Assembly: GCF_964355755.1 (NCBI RefSeq)
Contig: NC_092672.1
Coordinates: 33,610,437 to 33,674,436 of the forward strand
DNA length: 64,000 nt
DNA from: Antedon mediterranea
Taxonomy: Eukaryota > Animalia > Echinodermata
Direction: 5' to 3'
Shown: positions 51,948-64,000 of the stretch, one piece after another
Layout: each line of letters begins with the position of its first letter
Numbering within the stretch: the stretch's first letter is position 1
Translations under genes and position numbers: made by a program
The notes under the pieces: generated by a model
The model's input: the letters and a program-made list of their open reading frames with translations, nothing else
What the model was told of the DNA's origin: nothing
Databases searched by the model: none

Positions 51948-52780
51948 TGGATTTTTAAAATCATGGTGTGATTGTCCTTCTAATCATTGTAGAAGCTTGA
52001 TCTTGGTTTCCACTAGAACATTGTGATTGGTCAAATGACTTGCATTGCGCTTACGTCATTTCGTTGCGGGAACCGAGCTTTAATAATGACACGAGAAAAT
52101 TAAACAGTTGAATACCATGTCTTTAAATCGACCAATTAAAATGAGGCATGTGTCAGTGGAGCGATATCAGTTGTCTAATTTGCATAACAGGTGTAAAGAT
52201 GACTGAATAAGAATATGTATGTTTATTTCTTTGAGTACGGATTTTAATACTGAACCCTTTAATGCCATTATGTATTTACTGGTATTGACTACGATTTTAA
52301 GCATGGCAATGTTTTACTTATGATTATATTACACTTTGATGACAATGCTGTAGGAACTCGGAATTGTTGTTCAATTAAGTACAAGAAAAAAACAAACGAA
52401 AATCAATGAATTATACTATTTGAATGCATTCTGGACGTTACTGCTGTTTTTGTTATTCGTTCACATTTTGCTGTCGCTCAACATGTAAGTAGTCAGTATT
52501 TTATTTTTTTAAACTTATTTATTTTATTTAAAACATATTTATACAGGATAAAAACATATCAGTCATACCTGTTTTACATTGGTCCTATTTATAGAAAATA
52601 CAAAGTTAAAAACATGCATACAGATTCTTTAAACTTGCTAATACAGTAAAATAACAATACAGGGTCAAACTTTCAAAGTTATGTAATGTACATTTACGAA
52701 AAGGAGTTAAATTACAAAAAGGAATAAAATAAATACACGTAATATGACACGAATGAATTTGCTTTGCAGCAAGAATTATT

Positions 52781-53245
52781 TTTAGTCGCGTGCAGTCGCG
52801 TGCAAACACAACTCTACAGCTCACTATGTCGGTCAGTTGATCGGTCGGTTGGTTGGTCGGTTGGTAAACACTAACTCAAATTTCAGCACTCGACTGCAAC
52901 CGTGTATATGGCTTTGTTTTATAAATTGAATCTAATTTAATTAATCATTAAGAAGGTATTGTTTTTTAAGAATGTAATGCCACTTTCATTACAATATTGA
53001 CACATTGTTTTGAATTATATCAGCAGTCGTCACTACTGTCACTTGGTGCAGTCGCGTGCAAACACGACTCTACAGTTCACTATGTCGGTCGGTCGTTCGG
53101 TTGGTTGGTATACTAACTCAAATTTGAGCACACGACTGCAGCCATGTATTTGGCTTTTGTTTTATAAATTGAATCTAATTTAATTAGGGCCACTTCCATT
53201 ACAATATTGCCATTGTTTTGAATTATATCAGCAGTCGTCACTACA
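52781..53245 (+). mobile_element. Two tandemly duplicated short HINE-B copies with flank (52781-52920, 53047-53163)
   Basis: Reverse complement of the 5515-5628 type. The flanking sequence is duplicated too. A partial copy lies at about 54702-54783. Confidence 0.65.
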
Positions 53246-53287
53246 CTTAGGTTATTCCCAATCGTGGGCTGAATTAAAGAATTATTA

Positions 53288-54013
53288 AACAGAGTAACTA
53301 AACTAATAACGACAACAAACGTATTTACAATTTGAATGCAGTTTAGAATTTCCTAATGTTTTTGATAATTTTCTTCAATTATTATCGTCGTCAATTTGAT
53401 AGGAACAGCCATTAAATTTATTATCAAATTTGCCAAAGAATTATTAAGAAATTGAATCTATAATTTAAACTTAAAATTGAATTACTTTTTTTTTACAATA
53501 ATGTTGCTTCTAAGATTTGATTGTTTCCGGTCGTACTATGTAGATATTTGTTCCCGGTCGTACACTAATTATCATTCGGTCAGTGTATGATTAAAGTCAG
53601 TGAAGGTTCTGTGAACTCATTTTATTTTAAATAATTTATTTAGCTACATTGAACAGAGTAACTAAACTAATAACGACAATAAACGTATTTACAATTTGAA
53701 TGCAGTTTAGAATTTCCTAATGTTTTTGATAATTTTCTTCAATTATTATCGTCGTCAATTTGATAGGAACAGCCATTAAATTTATTATCAAATTTGCCAA
53801 ACAATTATTAAGAAATTGAATCTATAATTTAAACTTAAAATTGAATTACTTTTTTTTTACAATAATGTTACTTCTAAGATTTGATTGTTTCCGGTCGTAC
53901 TATGTAGATATTTGTTCCCGGTCGTACACTAATTATCATTCGGTCAGTGTATGATTATTAAGTCAGTGAAGGTTCTGTGAACTCATTTTATTTTAAATAA
54001 TTTATTTAGCTAT
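53288..54013. repeat. Near-perfect ~364-bp tandem duplication
   Basis: Units start at 53288 and 53652. Confidence 0.95.
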
Positions 54014-55823
54014 ATTTAATAATGAGTTACGTAAGCTACTCAATTTACCAGTTACAATGCAAGCATGACGTTTGTTAAGAATAACGTTCCCTCATTTTAT
54101 GAATATTGGAGGAACTCCATTCATAGTTTTATTTATTTTTTATTTTAAAAATATAATAAATATAAAGGAACAGAATTCATGACAGTTGTAATAGTCTAAT
54201 TGTCACAGTCAAAAGTGACGGATATGTAAAGTTAAACGCAAAGGGTAATTTGCATAGAACTAGTCAGGTGTATTACCGTATAAAAGAATTGGGGAGGAAT
54301 GTAGTAATTACGCCTCACATCAACCTTGTAGAGAAGGGAGGTGTCGCACCTCAGCAATAATACAGATTGACCATTTGCTGCCCGTTGGGCTGAAGTTGGT
54401 ACCAATACACAACTATCTGACCACCATTTGTAGTAAATCGTAAACCAAGCCGAGTATACACATGATTGTTTATGTATGATTGGAATGTAATTGGTAGTGA
54501 ACAAGTCCACAAGTGACCGGCGGACAAAGAAGTAAAGACATTCAGTTGCTAATATTATATATCTGTATACTTTTAATTGCGTTCTTCAGTAGCCATATAG
54601 TTAACTTCAATCTGGGCGTGACACTAATCAAAACCATATTAATTTACTTCCACGATTCAACATGCGTCGGCATTGTTGAACATTTTAAGTTATTGTAGGC
54701 TGTTCACTATGTCGGTCGGTCGGTTGGTTGGTTGGTCGGTCGGTCGGTAAACACTAACTCAAATTTGCGCACGCGACTGTAGCCCAAGTATCAAGCTCAA
54801 ATAGTATACGTATGAAACGCCATATGTGCCAAAATATTTATCCTTTTACTAATTTTAAGTCAAAACTCCGTCTGGAACCCAGATGCAGTTGTTTTTGTGA
54901 AAGGTGCTATTGTTAATTTCCTGGTAAAATTGTTTCTCTTCTTGTTTTGTATGTGTTTTGTATATGGATGTACTATCCGAAATAAAGGAAACGAATGAAT
55001 GAATAAAGTGATATTATAGGCCATGATAACCTATGTTGTTTGTTGACGTCAACAACATAAAATGAAGCTATTCAATTACTGTGTGTTTCTACATACACGC
55101 GTACATGGATGATGCATAAATATTCAATTGTTCTTTTATTTCTATATACACTACATACACGTATGGAGAATGCATATTTTAGGATCTGTCCTCCTACGCA
55201 GAGCGCATATCAATGCATCTTACAAACATTTTTTTTCTAACAAAGTATTGCCACATCACAGAGGGCGCATGTTAACAATAATACAAATTTTCCTTCTTTT
55301 ATTATTAATTGTAAAGTTATTAATGAACCAATTTTCTTAAATTATAATAGGCATGGTCTATAATATACTTAAACCGAAATGTATAACTTGTAAATTGATA
55401 TTAATTAATCTCAATATTTATTTTTTAAATAATTTTGATATTGAAAATGTGTGTAGTTGGTCGCTTTCTTGTCGATGCTTTTATTGTAGAACGTAATTTA
55501 TTTATTTTTCTCTGTTCTGGGTTGACCAACTAGCATAGGTGTTTAGAACCTGTTTGGTCTTTCCGTGCCTCCTTTTATAATTGTTTTGTCTTCTTTGTTA
55601 TGTATATGGCAGAAATTGAATAAATATAAAATAAATAAATAAAATTTATGTAGCTGGTAATATTAAAATTGTAGGCGTGCTAACAATCAAACAAGCAAAG
55701 GTACTATATACTTGGCAAATTATATTTTGGCAAGTAAAAAGCAAAATTTAAAAAGAAGCATTATTAATAAATGCAGTATAACAGTATTATTATAAGTAGG
55801 TGAAATAATGGAATATGGTCTAA

Positions 55824-56409
55824 AGCCTTGTCTACACTATTAAACTTTATTTGTCAAACAAGTTTGATGTGCCTATGGTAGTAATACGCTTAAATATGGC
55901 AGTGATATGACATCATCATGTCCATATATGGGCACATCACATTTTTTGACACATAAAGTTTATAGTGTAGACAAGGCTTAAGTTAGGAATGTAGAATGAA
56001 TACATCCATCATCTCACTATATCCAATCAAAATTAATATATTAATGAAATTATTATTATTATTACAATATTGTATATATTGCATGTAATGTTCAAAGAGA
56101 GACAATTAGGTTAATTGGGCGTAATTAAAAAGCGATTTATTCTCAACTAATGTATCACTAATGACGGAATAGTGACGTAAGTGTGTAGAATAACTGTACA
56201 CGTCAATATATTCTTGCTTACCCATTTCCATCTAATTTGTCTCCTTAAAGCTCTGTCTACACTATCAAACTAGTTTGACAAAAAAAGTGTTATGTGCCCA
56301 AATATGGTAGTGATATGTTCAAATATGGTAATGATATGACATCATCATGGCCATAATATGGGCACATCACATTTGTCACATAAAGTTTGATATAAGTGTA
56401 GACAGAACT
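55824..56409. mobile_element. Two PIF/Harbinger family C MITEs (55824-55978, 56249-56409)
   Basis: TIRs and TAA TSDs on both copies. Confidence 0.8.
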
Positions 56410-56676
56410 TAATATAAACAGATATCCCTGCAGTTAAATATACTGATATATTTCTATTGAATGTTTCTATTCAACGGCCAACGTCTTGTAAAATGTTGAA
56501 ATATTAATTTGTCAAGTGATCCTAAAACCTTACAATTTATAAATTGCTAAAATTCAAATAGGCTAAAAATGTTAAAAACGTTTAAAAATATTGAAAATGT
56601 AAAAACATTTTATAAAGTTTCATTGTTTACATAGTCTTGTATTACATAACATTTTATCGATGGTGACGTGAATTAA

Positions 56677-56997
56677 TTATATGAATCGCATTTTCAACAA
56701 AGGCATATCTCGATCTGTCTTAGTTATTGGAACATGTATTCTACCATTGCGTTTGATAATAAAGTATTTGCTAAGGGGAAGATCAACATCCTTAATTATT
56801 TTATGAGCTGCCTTCACTATCCAATCTATGTATATTTCATCTAACTGCACCAACGGATCTTTAACAATATATTCAGCTTTCTTTGTAATAAAATCTGACT
56901 GCAGTACCGTCGTTTGTGTTACTATAAGTAAAAGATAATTACCTGTACTTGTAATGAGAATCTTATTAAAAACATAATCACACACACAGTACAGCAA
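56677..56997 (-). pseudogene. LINE (Rex1/Babar or L2-like) ORF2 C-terminal fragment
   Basis: KAEYIV...LDEIY...KAAHKIIKDVDLPLSKYF...NGRIHVPITKTDR resembles the DUF1891-type tail. Confidence 0.55.
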
Positions 56998-57879
56998 ATT
57001 AACTTAACGGCCGGTTAATATGTGACGATATTCGAAATTAAAGTTTTAGACCAAAATAATGTAGATTTAAATTAGATTCATTTATTTTGTTTTTCTATGA
57101 TTTATTTTTGTTAATAAATCGTGCATCAAACAGTTAACAATTTATTTAAAATAGATTATTCTCAATTTGATCAACATTGAAGTTTATGGTACGTCGATCC
57201 CAGCATTCATTTATTGTTTTGAAGCATAACAGCACAAGACAATCTAACAGCAGGACTGAGCTAGCCTTGCCAAGATAGCAAATCGTAACATTCATTTTGA
57301 TCTTATATGTCTGGCTGCGAAAAATAAAAGCATTACTGTATGTACATATTCGGGTTAGGGGAGTGGAGCAGGATCGTGTCGCAGCCACAAATAAACCATT
57401 TGATCTCCGGAACTCAGTATTCAGTTGTTAGATTTTCTTGCATCAATTTACCTTTGAACTCTTTGAACACGATTCGGCCGGCTATTGACCGATGGTATTA
57501 TCACGGTAAATTGCACTATACTAAACTAAAAATACAATAATCTGCAAGGTTAGTATTTCGCGTTATGATGTTATTTAGTTATTACCATCAATAACACTAA
57601 ACGATAAATGCCTTCAAGCTGAAAGGTCACTGTTATAACATGTTTTGGTATCGTTATTAATGTAGTGTTATTGATGCATACAAATGGAAATTGTATTTTG
57701 ATTACACCAATTATATAAATCTCTGTATTCGACAATTGGCTGATAAGCATATAATCTACTGTAGTCGTGCAATACATTAGCATTAAACTATAGCATTTAT
57801 ATATTTTACTGTTGCAGTTCGGTTTTAAATGGAATGTTGTTTGTATGCAGTATAAATCAAAGGCAAATTACTGAAAAAC

Positions 57880-58497
57880 ATTACAATGCTCTGGGTATTA
57901 GTGGCTGGATCTTACTGGAGATACACATTTTATTTTGTTGTGTAACATTTTTTGTGTTATTTCTGTGTTATTTGTTTTCTATGACAGTACCGTAATATAC
58001 GGTGAGAGTCAATAAGAATTAAACTAAATTAAATTAAAATAAGCATTGCAAAAAAATTACAATAATGTGGGTATAAGTGGCTGAATCTCAATGGAGATAC
58101 AATTAAAATAGGCCTAAGCATTAAATGAAATTACAATGCTGTGGGTATGAGTGTGGCTGCATCTCAATAGAGATACAACTAAAATAAGCATTGAAAATAA
58201 TCACAATGCTGTTGGTGTGGCTGGATCTCAATAGAGATAAAAATAAAATAAGCATTGAAAAATGACAATGCTGTGAGTATCAGTGGATATATCTCAATAG
58301 AGATAAAAATAAAATAAGCACTGAAAAATGACAATGCTGTGAGTATCAGTGGATATATCTCAATAGAGATAAAAATAAAATAAGCACTGAAAAATGACAA
58401 TGCTGTTGGTATCAGTGGATGTATCTCAATAGAGATAAAAATAAAATAAGCACTGAAAAATGACAATGATGTGGGTATAAGTGGCTGGATCTCAATG
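57880..58497. repeat. ~61-bp satellite derived from the Penelope-like terminal sequence
   Basis: Unit aaatgacaatgctgtgggtatcagtggctggatctcaatagagat.. matches 5420-5465 and 45152-45190. Confidence 0.85.
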
Positions 58498-58622
58498 ATG
58501 ATCAAGCCGAGAACCCAATGTAGCATTTTCTTTGCGTTTGCTGTCAACAAGTACTGGAGAAATATTATCATAATGATAACTTATAGAGAAGTTAGTCCAA
58601 ACAGTTGTGAAACATTTTCTAC

Positions 58623-58792
58623 CAGGTGACGTAGGCCTAAACGCAGACGCCTGGGCCCTTGGTTTAGGAATCGTAAGTGGCCTTCTAAAGCTGGAGGCTC
58701 CGACGTTTTAGCCTTTTCGACATAATTATTGTATAAGCTCTGGTGGGGCCCCTGGGTTTAACCAGTGAGCGCTCATAGACGTTAAGCCACTG
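58623..58792. mobile_element. Degenerate hAT-type MITE related to 12951-13114 (inverted)
   Basis: Ends caggtgacgta../..gttaagccactg and a shared internal ggtttaaccag/gggcccc motif. Confidence 0.55.
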
Positions 58793-59544
58793 ATTTCCAT
58801 TCCAATGAGTGTTCTTGTAAAAATGATTTTATAATGTATTTTCTAAGATTTTCTTACTTAACCCACACTTTATACTTTAGTTTGTTATTAAATAAAACAG
58901 AATTATTTTGTGTTCGTTTGTTTTTTAGAATGACCTTGGTCATTACAGCGATGATAACGATTATTTCTCATTATATTTTGCCTATTACACTAACTGCATT
59001 CACTGCACTATATTCAAGGCTATTCATTTTTGCTATCATCATTCTAATAATATTAAAAACGCGTGCCGGTTTCGGAGACTTCAAAGACAGGTGATGTTCT
59101 CGGTTAATATAGTGGGTATTAAAGATTACTAAATTTCAAATTTGGAAAAGATAAGTGCTGTAAATTATCAAATAAACGCCGCGGTGATAGTGTTCTGTAT
59201 TCTTGATTTGCTTGATTTATTATTAGCCCTACCTGTATTGCTCTTATTGAAGCGTGACAACGCGTATCTCATAGGGTTATTACAGGCTACTTCAATAGGA
59301 AAAATAATTAAAAATAACTTGTTGAACAAATTCTAAATTTGTATTTTCTCCACAGGGAATATTTGGAAAATTCCAATCAAATGATAATGCTAGCAATTAT
59401 AAAAACCTATAATCAAAATCGTATCATTTTCAAAGAACTTTTTTGTGGTGGTTGTATTAGTTATATAGCTAAACAAATACCATATACTTTTACACTTTAG
59501 AAGAGGCAACCCTTACGAGTTCTAACTCACTGCCTCTCTTTAAT

Positions 59545-59940
59545 ATCACTGAAGGTAATCATCACTAAAGGTAAGCACAATATAAATACGTACGTGTGTG
59601 CGTGCGTTGATGGTAACAGCTTACGCACGCGCGTGTAATATCACTAAAGGTAAACATCACTAAAGCTAAGTATTTTTATACTGACACGATATCAATACGT
59701 GAGTGTGTGCGTGCGTTGATGGTAACAGCTTACGCACGCGCGTTTAATATCAAAAGGTAAGCATCACAAAAGGTAAGCACGACAAAAATACGTACGTGTG
59801 TGCGTGCGTTGATGGTAACAGCTTACGCACGCCCGTGTAATATCACTATAGGTAAGCATGTTTTAACTGACACAATATCAATACGTAGGCCTACGTGTGT
59901 GCGTGCATCAAAACGTTGATGGTAACAGCTTACGCACTTG
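59545..59940. repeat. Complex tandem repeat (~90-110-bp units), 4 copies
   Basis: Marker gttgatggtaacagcttacgcac occurs four times. Confidence 0.85.
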
Positions 59941-61857
59941 TAATTAATAATAATAATAATAACTCTAGAAATAGTAACCTCTTTAATATGAAATCAAACG
60001 TGTTGAAAAAGTAACATTACCACTAAATTACCCATAAACATACTGTTATTTTTTAGAGTCGTGTGATATTATTCAGTTTCTTTAATGTAATTTTATATAT
60101 AGAAGCAATAAACGGGAACGATAAAAATTACTAATTTCGTATTCAATTCACGATATATTGAATGGATAGAAATATTTTGAAAATTATGTATATTACTTTT
60201 GTAATTTGTGTGCGCGTGAAATCGATTTCTGAAAATAAAGCATAGAATTTCATACCATGAATGTATTATGAATATAATACGTTTAAATTGTTGCTGAATT
60301 TAAAATTTTCGATTCTAAACATCGCATTGATTATTTTCAGGCGCTTTAAAACAGTAAAATACATTACGCCACTGGCCCGAAGTCTGTAATTATTTTATTG
60401 TCTTTTTTTATCTTAGTCCATCCGTCGACGTTTTGATTTTTGTCTCGAAAATACGTAGTTGTGAGCTCAAGAAGTATTATACGTATGAAACGCCATATGT
60501 GCCAAAATATGTATCTTGTGATAAATATTACGGAATAAAATAATATATTAAAGGAAATCTGTGAGAATCGAATGAGAGAAATCCCGGCCTGCATTCAACA
60601 GAAATACACATAGAACATTCTGCTATATATAACCATTATTATAACATGTTTTTGCAGCTGTTTTACAACACGTGTCTTAAAGCCACTGTATCGAAGAACT
60701 TTTTGAAAATCGCAGTACTAATATAAAGTGAAACGGTTTATCGAAATTGACTTTATACAACCCATTAATACGGGTATAAGCGAGACTTCACGAAGCCGAT
60801 AGGTCATACTATGGTCAATAGCCAGAATGTGTAACTTTTTATTACCGATTATGGGTTTATTCATATTTTTTTTCAATCCGTTGTTTATTTTATTCATTCA
60901 ATTAATCACCTATTCCCATTCTCTTCATTTATTTCGTGTCTGAAATCCTTTACATCACTGATTAAATTTGTTTGCTGATGGCATGATCTGGTCAATAACC
61001 TACGTTTATATGTATTATGGCAGGCATTTAACGTTAATTGTTTTTTTCTTTCACTTTATTTTTTTCAATCTGTCATCCACAAATGTCATAACAATTTATG
61101 TGAACCTCTGAGGGGGTAAATCGTTCAATACAAGGATGCGAAGTAATAATGGAAAAAAATCCATTTATCATCGTACTAAATGAATTTATTTCTTATCCTC
61201 GGCTCTAAAGGAAGTAAATAACGTATTAACAATTAATCTTATAATTATTTATTTATTATTAATTTTATTAATTGTGGTCGTGTTGAATGCACAAAACGAG
61301 GTATCTTTCAGCGGTTACCTAACACATTTAATAGGTTACTTGTTACTTGTTTGGATATTGAATTATTTTATGATAGTTTAAATGTATTTAAGGGTAAACT
61401 TGTTAAATCTCTTTAATGTTGTTATGTTTGTGTTGTTTATATGAATACATTTTATGTTTATTATGTTTAGATTCAACCTGTTAGTGGCGGTTTCATCGCT
61501 GTTGGTTGACACAACTGAATAAAATAAAAATAAAAATAGCTTGATAACTGGATATGTTAAACAAAAATTGTAGTATGCATGATTGTAAAACTCTCATTTA
61601 TTTTGAATTTAAAATTAGTGATCAATCACGGAGGAGAAAATTGAATATTTTTCTGTAATACAGGGATCTTTGATCTGTAATTAATCTAAAGGTTGAGGGC
61701 GCTTAACTGAAAACAAACAAACGCATTGTGTGTTGTGCTTTGTGTTCTCCCGAGACGTATGTTGGTATAGTTTTGCAGAAAAATACTATTATTTTTTATG
61801 TAAATTATGTCCAAATTTCCATTGTATAAATAAGCACTTATTATTTTGGCATATGCA

Positions 61858-61905
61858 ATGGATGTTAATGCGTGGCGCAGTAGTCTTGGACTTCACAGTG
61901 ATAAG
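61858..61905 (+). CDS. Polyhomeotic-like gene, predicted coding exon 1 (MDVNAWRSSLGLHSDK)
   Basis: gcaATGG context. AAG|GTCGGT donor in phase 0, compatible with the next exon. Confidence 0.5.
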
Positions 61906-62444
61906 GTCGGTTTTTTTTTTTACTAAAAAATGTTAAGCCTAGCCTAGCCTACACCCCTTTTCCTTTTCACTTCGGCAGCAGGCAGGGCGGGGGTTAGTTT
62001 GAGTTAGTTTGGTCGGCGGTGCATTGCAGCAGTCAATGGTGCATAATTAGAGAGAGCCTAGCTCGCTGAATCTGTCAGCATACTGGCCTAGCTAGGGATT
62101 CTTTGCCTAGCTAGGCCTAGCAACATGTATATTAGACGACAAGGCAGGCTAATGATGGAGACCTACTTTGTTTTGTCTTATTAAAATATTGTTTGTGGCG
62201 TTGTGATGATGATGTATTTATACCAGGGCTACACGACCTAACTAACTAAAAAGGCTAGGACTATTTATCTATATTTAATTGGTTTAATTATTAAATTAAA
62301 AGGAAGACTAGCCTAGACATAGCTATTATTTTATAGCCTTTCACGGCCCTTTCACGATTTAATTATTTGTTCTTGTCTTCAATTGATCAGGGAGATTTAT
62401 TATAAATAAAATTTTTAAACATGTTGTTTGTTTTTTCCCAACAG

Positions 62445-62487
62445 AAATCTCAATCTGGGAAGAATGGAGCAGGAACAGGAACAGAAG
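62445..62487 (+). CDS. Polyhomeotic-like gene, predicted micro-exon 2 (KSQSGKNGAGTGTEG)
   Basis: Polypyrimidine tract plus ACAG acceptor, and an AAG|GTACTG donor. Phase 0 to phase 1, matching exon 3. Confidence 0.65.
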
Positions 62488-62762
62488 GTACTGTACAAAC
62501 AGGGAACTTTGTTGTTTAAATGAATAATAATGCTCAACATATGATATCGATAAGCCTAAATCATGCTAAGGCCAAGCATGGAATTATAAAATTTTATTTT
62601 TTTTTGGGCCAAGGGCTTAGGTGTACATGTCAATCGTTTTAATCTCTGCCATATGTTTATTTACAATGTATAATTTCTTTCTATTTTTAGTCTTTGTCAT
62701 TACATTTTTTATACTGAATCTAATTTAAAATCGTTGATATTTTAATTTGCTCAACTTTTCAG

Positions 62763-63766
62763 GTCCTGTACCTAGTGTTCCAAAAGACCAACCTACGTCA
62801 TCAACCACAAGACAACCCCCTCAAGACATACAACCGGCTGACCCAAGTCAACACAAAGTGGTCATAAGCCAAAAACCAGTGGTCAGCAGGCAGACGCTTA
62901 TTGTTAATGCCCCACCGTCTCGACAACAATCAAACATTCCTACAACACGAACGCCGATGTTTGTACGGGCTCCAGGGACGACAACTAGTGTTCCTATTAG
63001 CCATGTGTCAACAAGTAAACATGTTAGACCTATTCAAGTTCGACCCTTACAACCGAGTGATCTTCGTATGTTTAAGAGTTCTCAGATTATACGCAATCCT
63101 GTCCAGTCAACGTCGATGATTACTAACCCTCCGATTACTATACCGCACACCGCGAGACATCAAGTGATTTCTATGAATTCTCCACGTATACAAACTATTG
63201 TACGCTACCCCCACGGGAGAGCACCGCGCCCAACAGCAATCACATCATATCAACGACAAGTTATGCTAACCTCAAGTACTGGCAATCCACTTCCATCAAA
63301 TACTGTTAGAGGAAATCCTACAGTTGCTGTTGCCATTCCCATTCAAAGTCCTCCAACATCACACATAGCCTATCAAGTACCATCAACAGCTAGGCCTAAA
63401 CATGTTCGGGTTATGAAGTCACCTGTTCCACTGGCTAATTCAGTGCAGATTCGTCCAAGACATCTCCTTAGGCCCGTCAAACCGATAGGATATTCAAGCC
63501 CACGATCATCCGGATTTAGCCAGAATCTTGATCCCTTTATGGTTATTCGAACCACTCTACCCCCTACCAGAATGCCTACTGGAAATGTAGTTAGTACCCC
63601 TCATATTTTACATAATACACCTTCTTCAACGAGGCCTTCTACTTCCACCTCAATTCTTCAGAACAAGAACCGAGTGAAGGACTTACCGCATGCCATAGTC
63701 AAACCGCAAGTTTTAACTCACATAATTGATGGGTTCGTCATAGAGGAGGCCTCGGAACCATTTCCG
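62763..63766 (+). CDS. PHC: Polyhomeotic-like protein (PHC/ph, PRC1 subunit), large low-complexity exon ending in HD1; gene continues beyond the window
   Basis: P/S/T/Q-rich region ending in AIVKPQVLTHIIDGFVIEEASEPFP, the Polyhomeotic homology domain 1. ttttcag acceptor and CCG|GTAATT donor. Confidence 0.88.
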
Positions 63767-64000
63767 GTAATTTTATTATGATTTCTTCTATAATTATTAA
63801 TAAACAATTCATATTTTCTTTGTCAAAAAGATGTACTTTACTGTATACACGTACCATTGCGTAAGAAGGATATGAATTATAAAATATATGAAATTGGTTT
63901 GTTCATAGTGTACTTTTAAAAGTTGATTAACTTAACTACACTATCTTAAATAGTGATGTTAATATTTCATGATAGTAATTTTGTCTTTTTAAAGATTACA

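Noticed and set aside
58179-58571. 130-aa hydrophobic repeat ORF resembling a membrane protein
   Set aside because: Antisense translation of the ~61-bp satellite.
62464-62487. ATG (MEQEQEQK) as the PHC start codon
   Set aside because: It ends in phase 0 at the donor, but the next exon needs phase 1. The alternative frame is open and compatible.
63391-63398. TAGGCCTA inside the PHC exon as an insertion
   Set aside because: It could be ordinary codons (Ala-Arg-Pro-Lys). No empty allele is available for comparison, although a 6-bp insertion would preserve the frame.

Overview
AT-rich metazoan genomic DNA, roughly one third GC by eye. The repeat content suggests a marine invertebrate, possibly an echinoderm (inference). 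Two real genes are visible: a single-coding-exon class A (rhodopsin-family) GPCR (41597-42730, +) and the first three coding exons of a Polyhomeotic/PHC-like gene (61858-63766, +, HD1 motif, continues beyond the window). The rest is a dense mosaic of Helentron-like HINEs, PIF/Harbinger, hAT and Kolobok-like MITEs, a nested P-like/Academ-like pair, LINE 3' fragments, SINEs, a 5S rRNA remnant, Penelope-type hammerhead ribozyme motifs, minisatellites and local duplications. The most striking signal is a pervasive micro-insertion process. TA dinucleotides have become TAGGCCTA or TAGGCTA/TAGCCTA, shown by several filled-versus-empty comparisons between repeat copies in this window, and these motifs cluster next to putative first exons. 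Nearly all long ORFs in the track, other than the GPCR, the PHC exon and the LINE fragments, are artefacts of repeats. All counts and alignments were done by eye.
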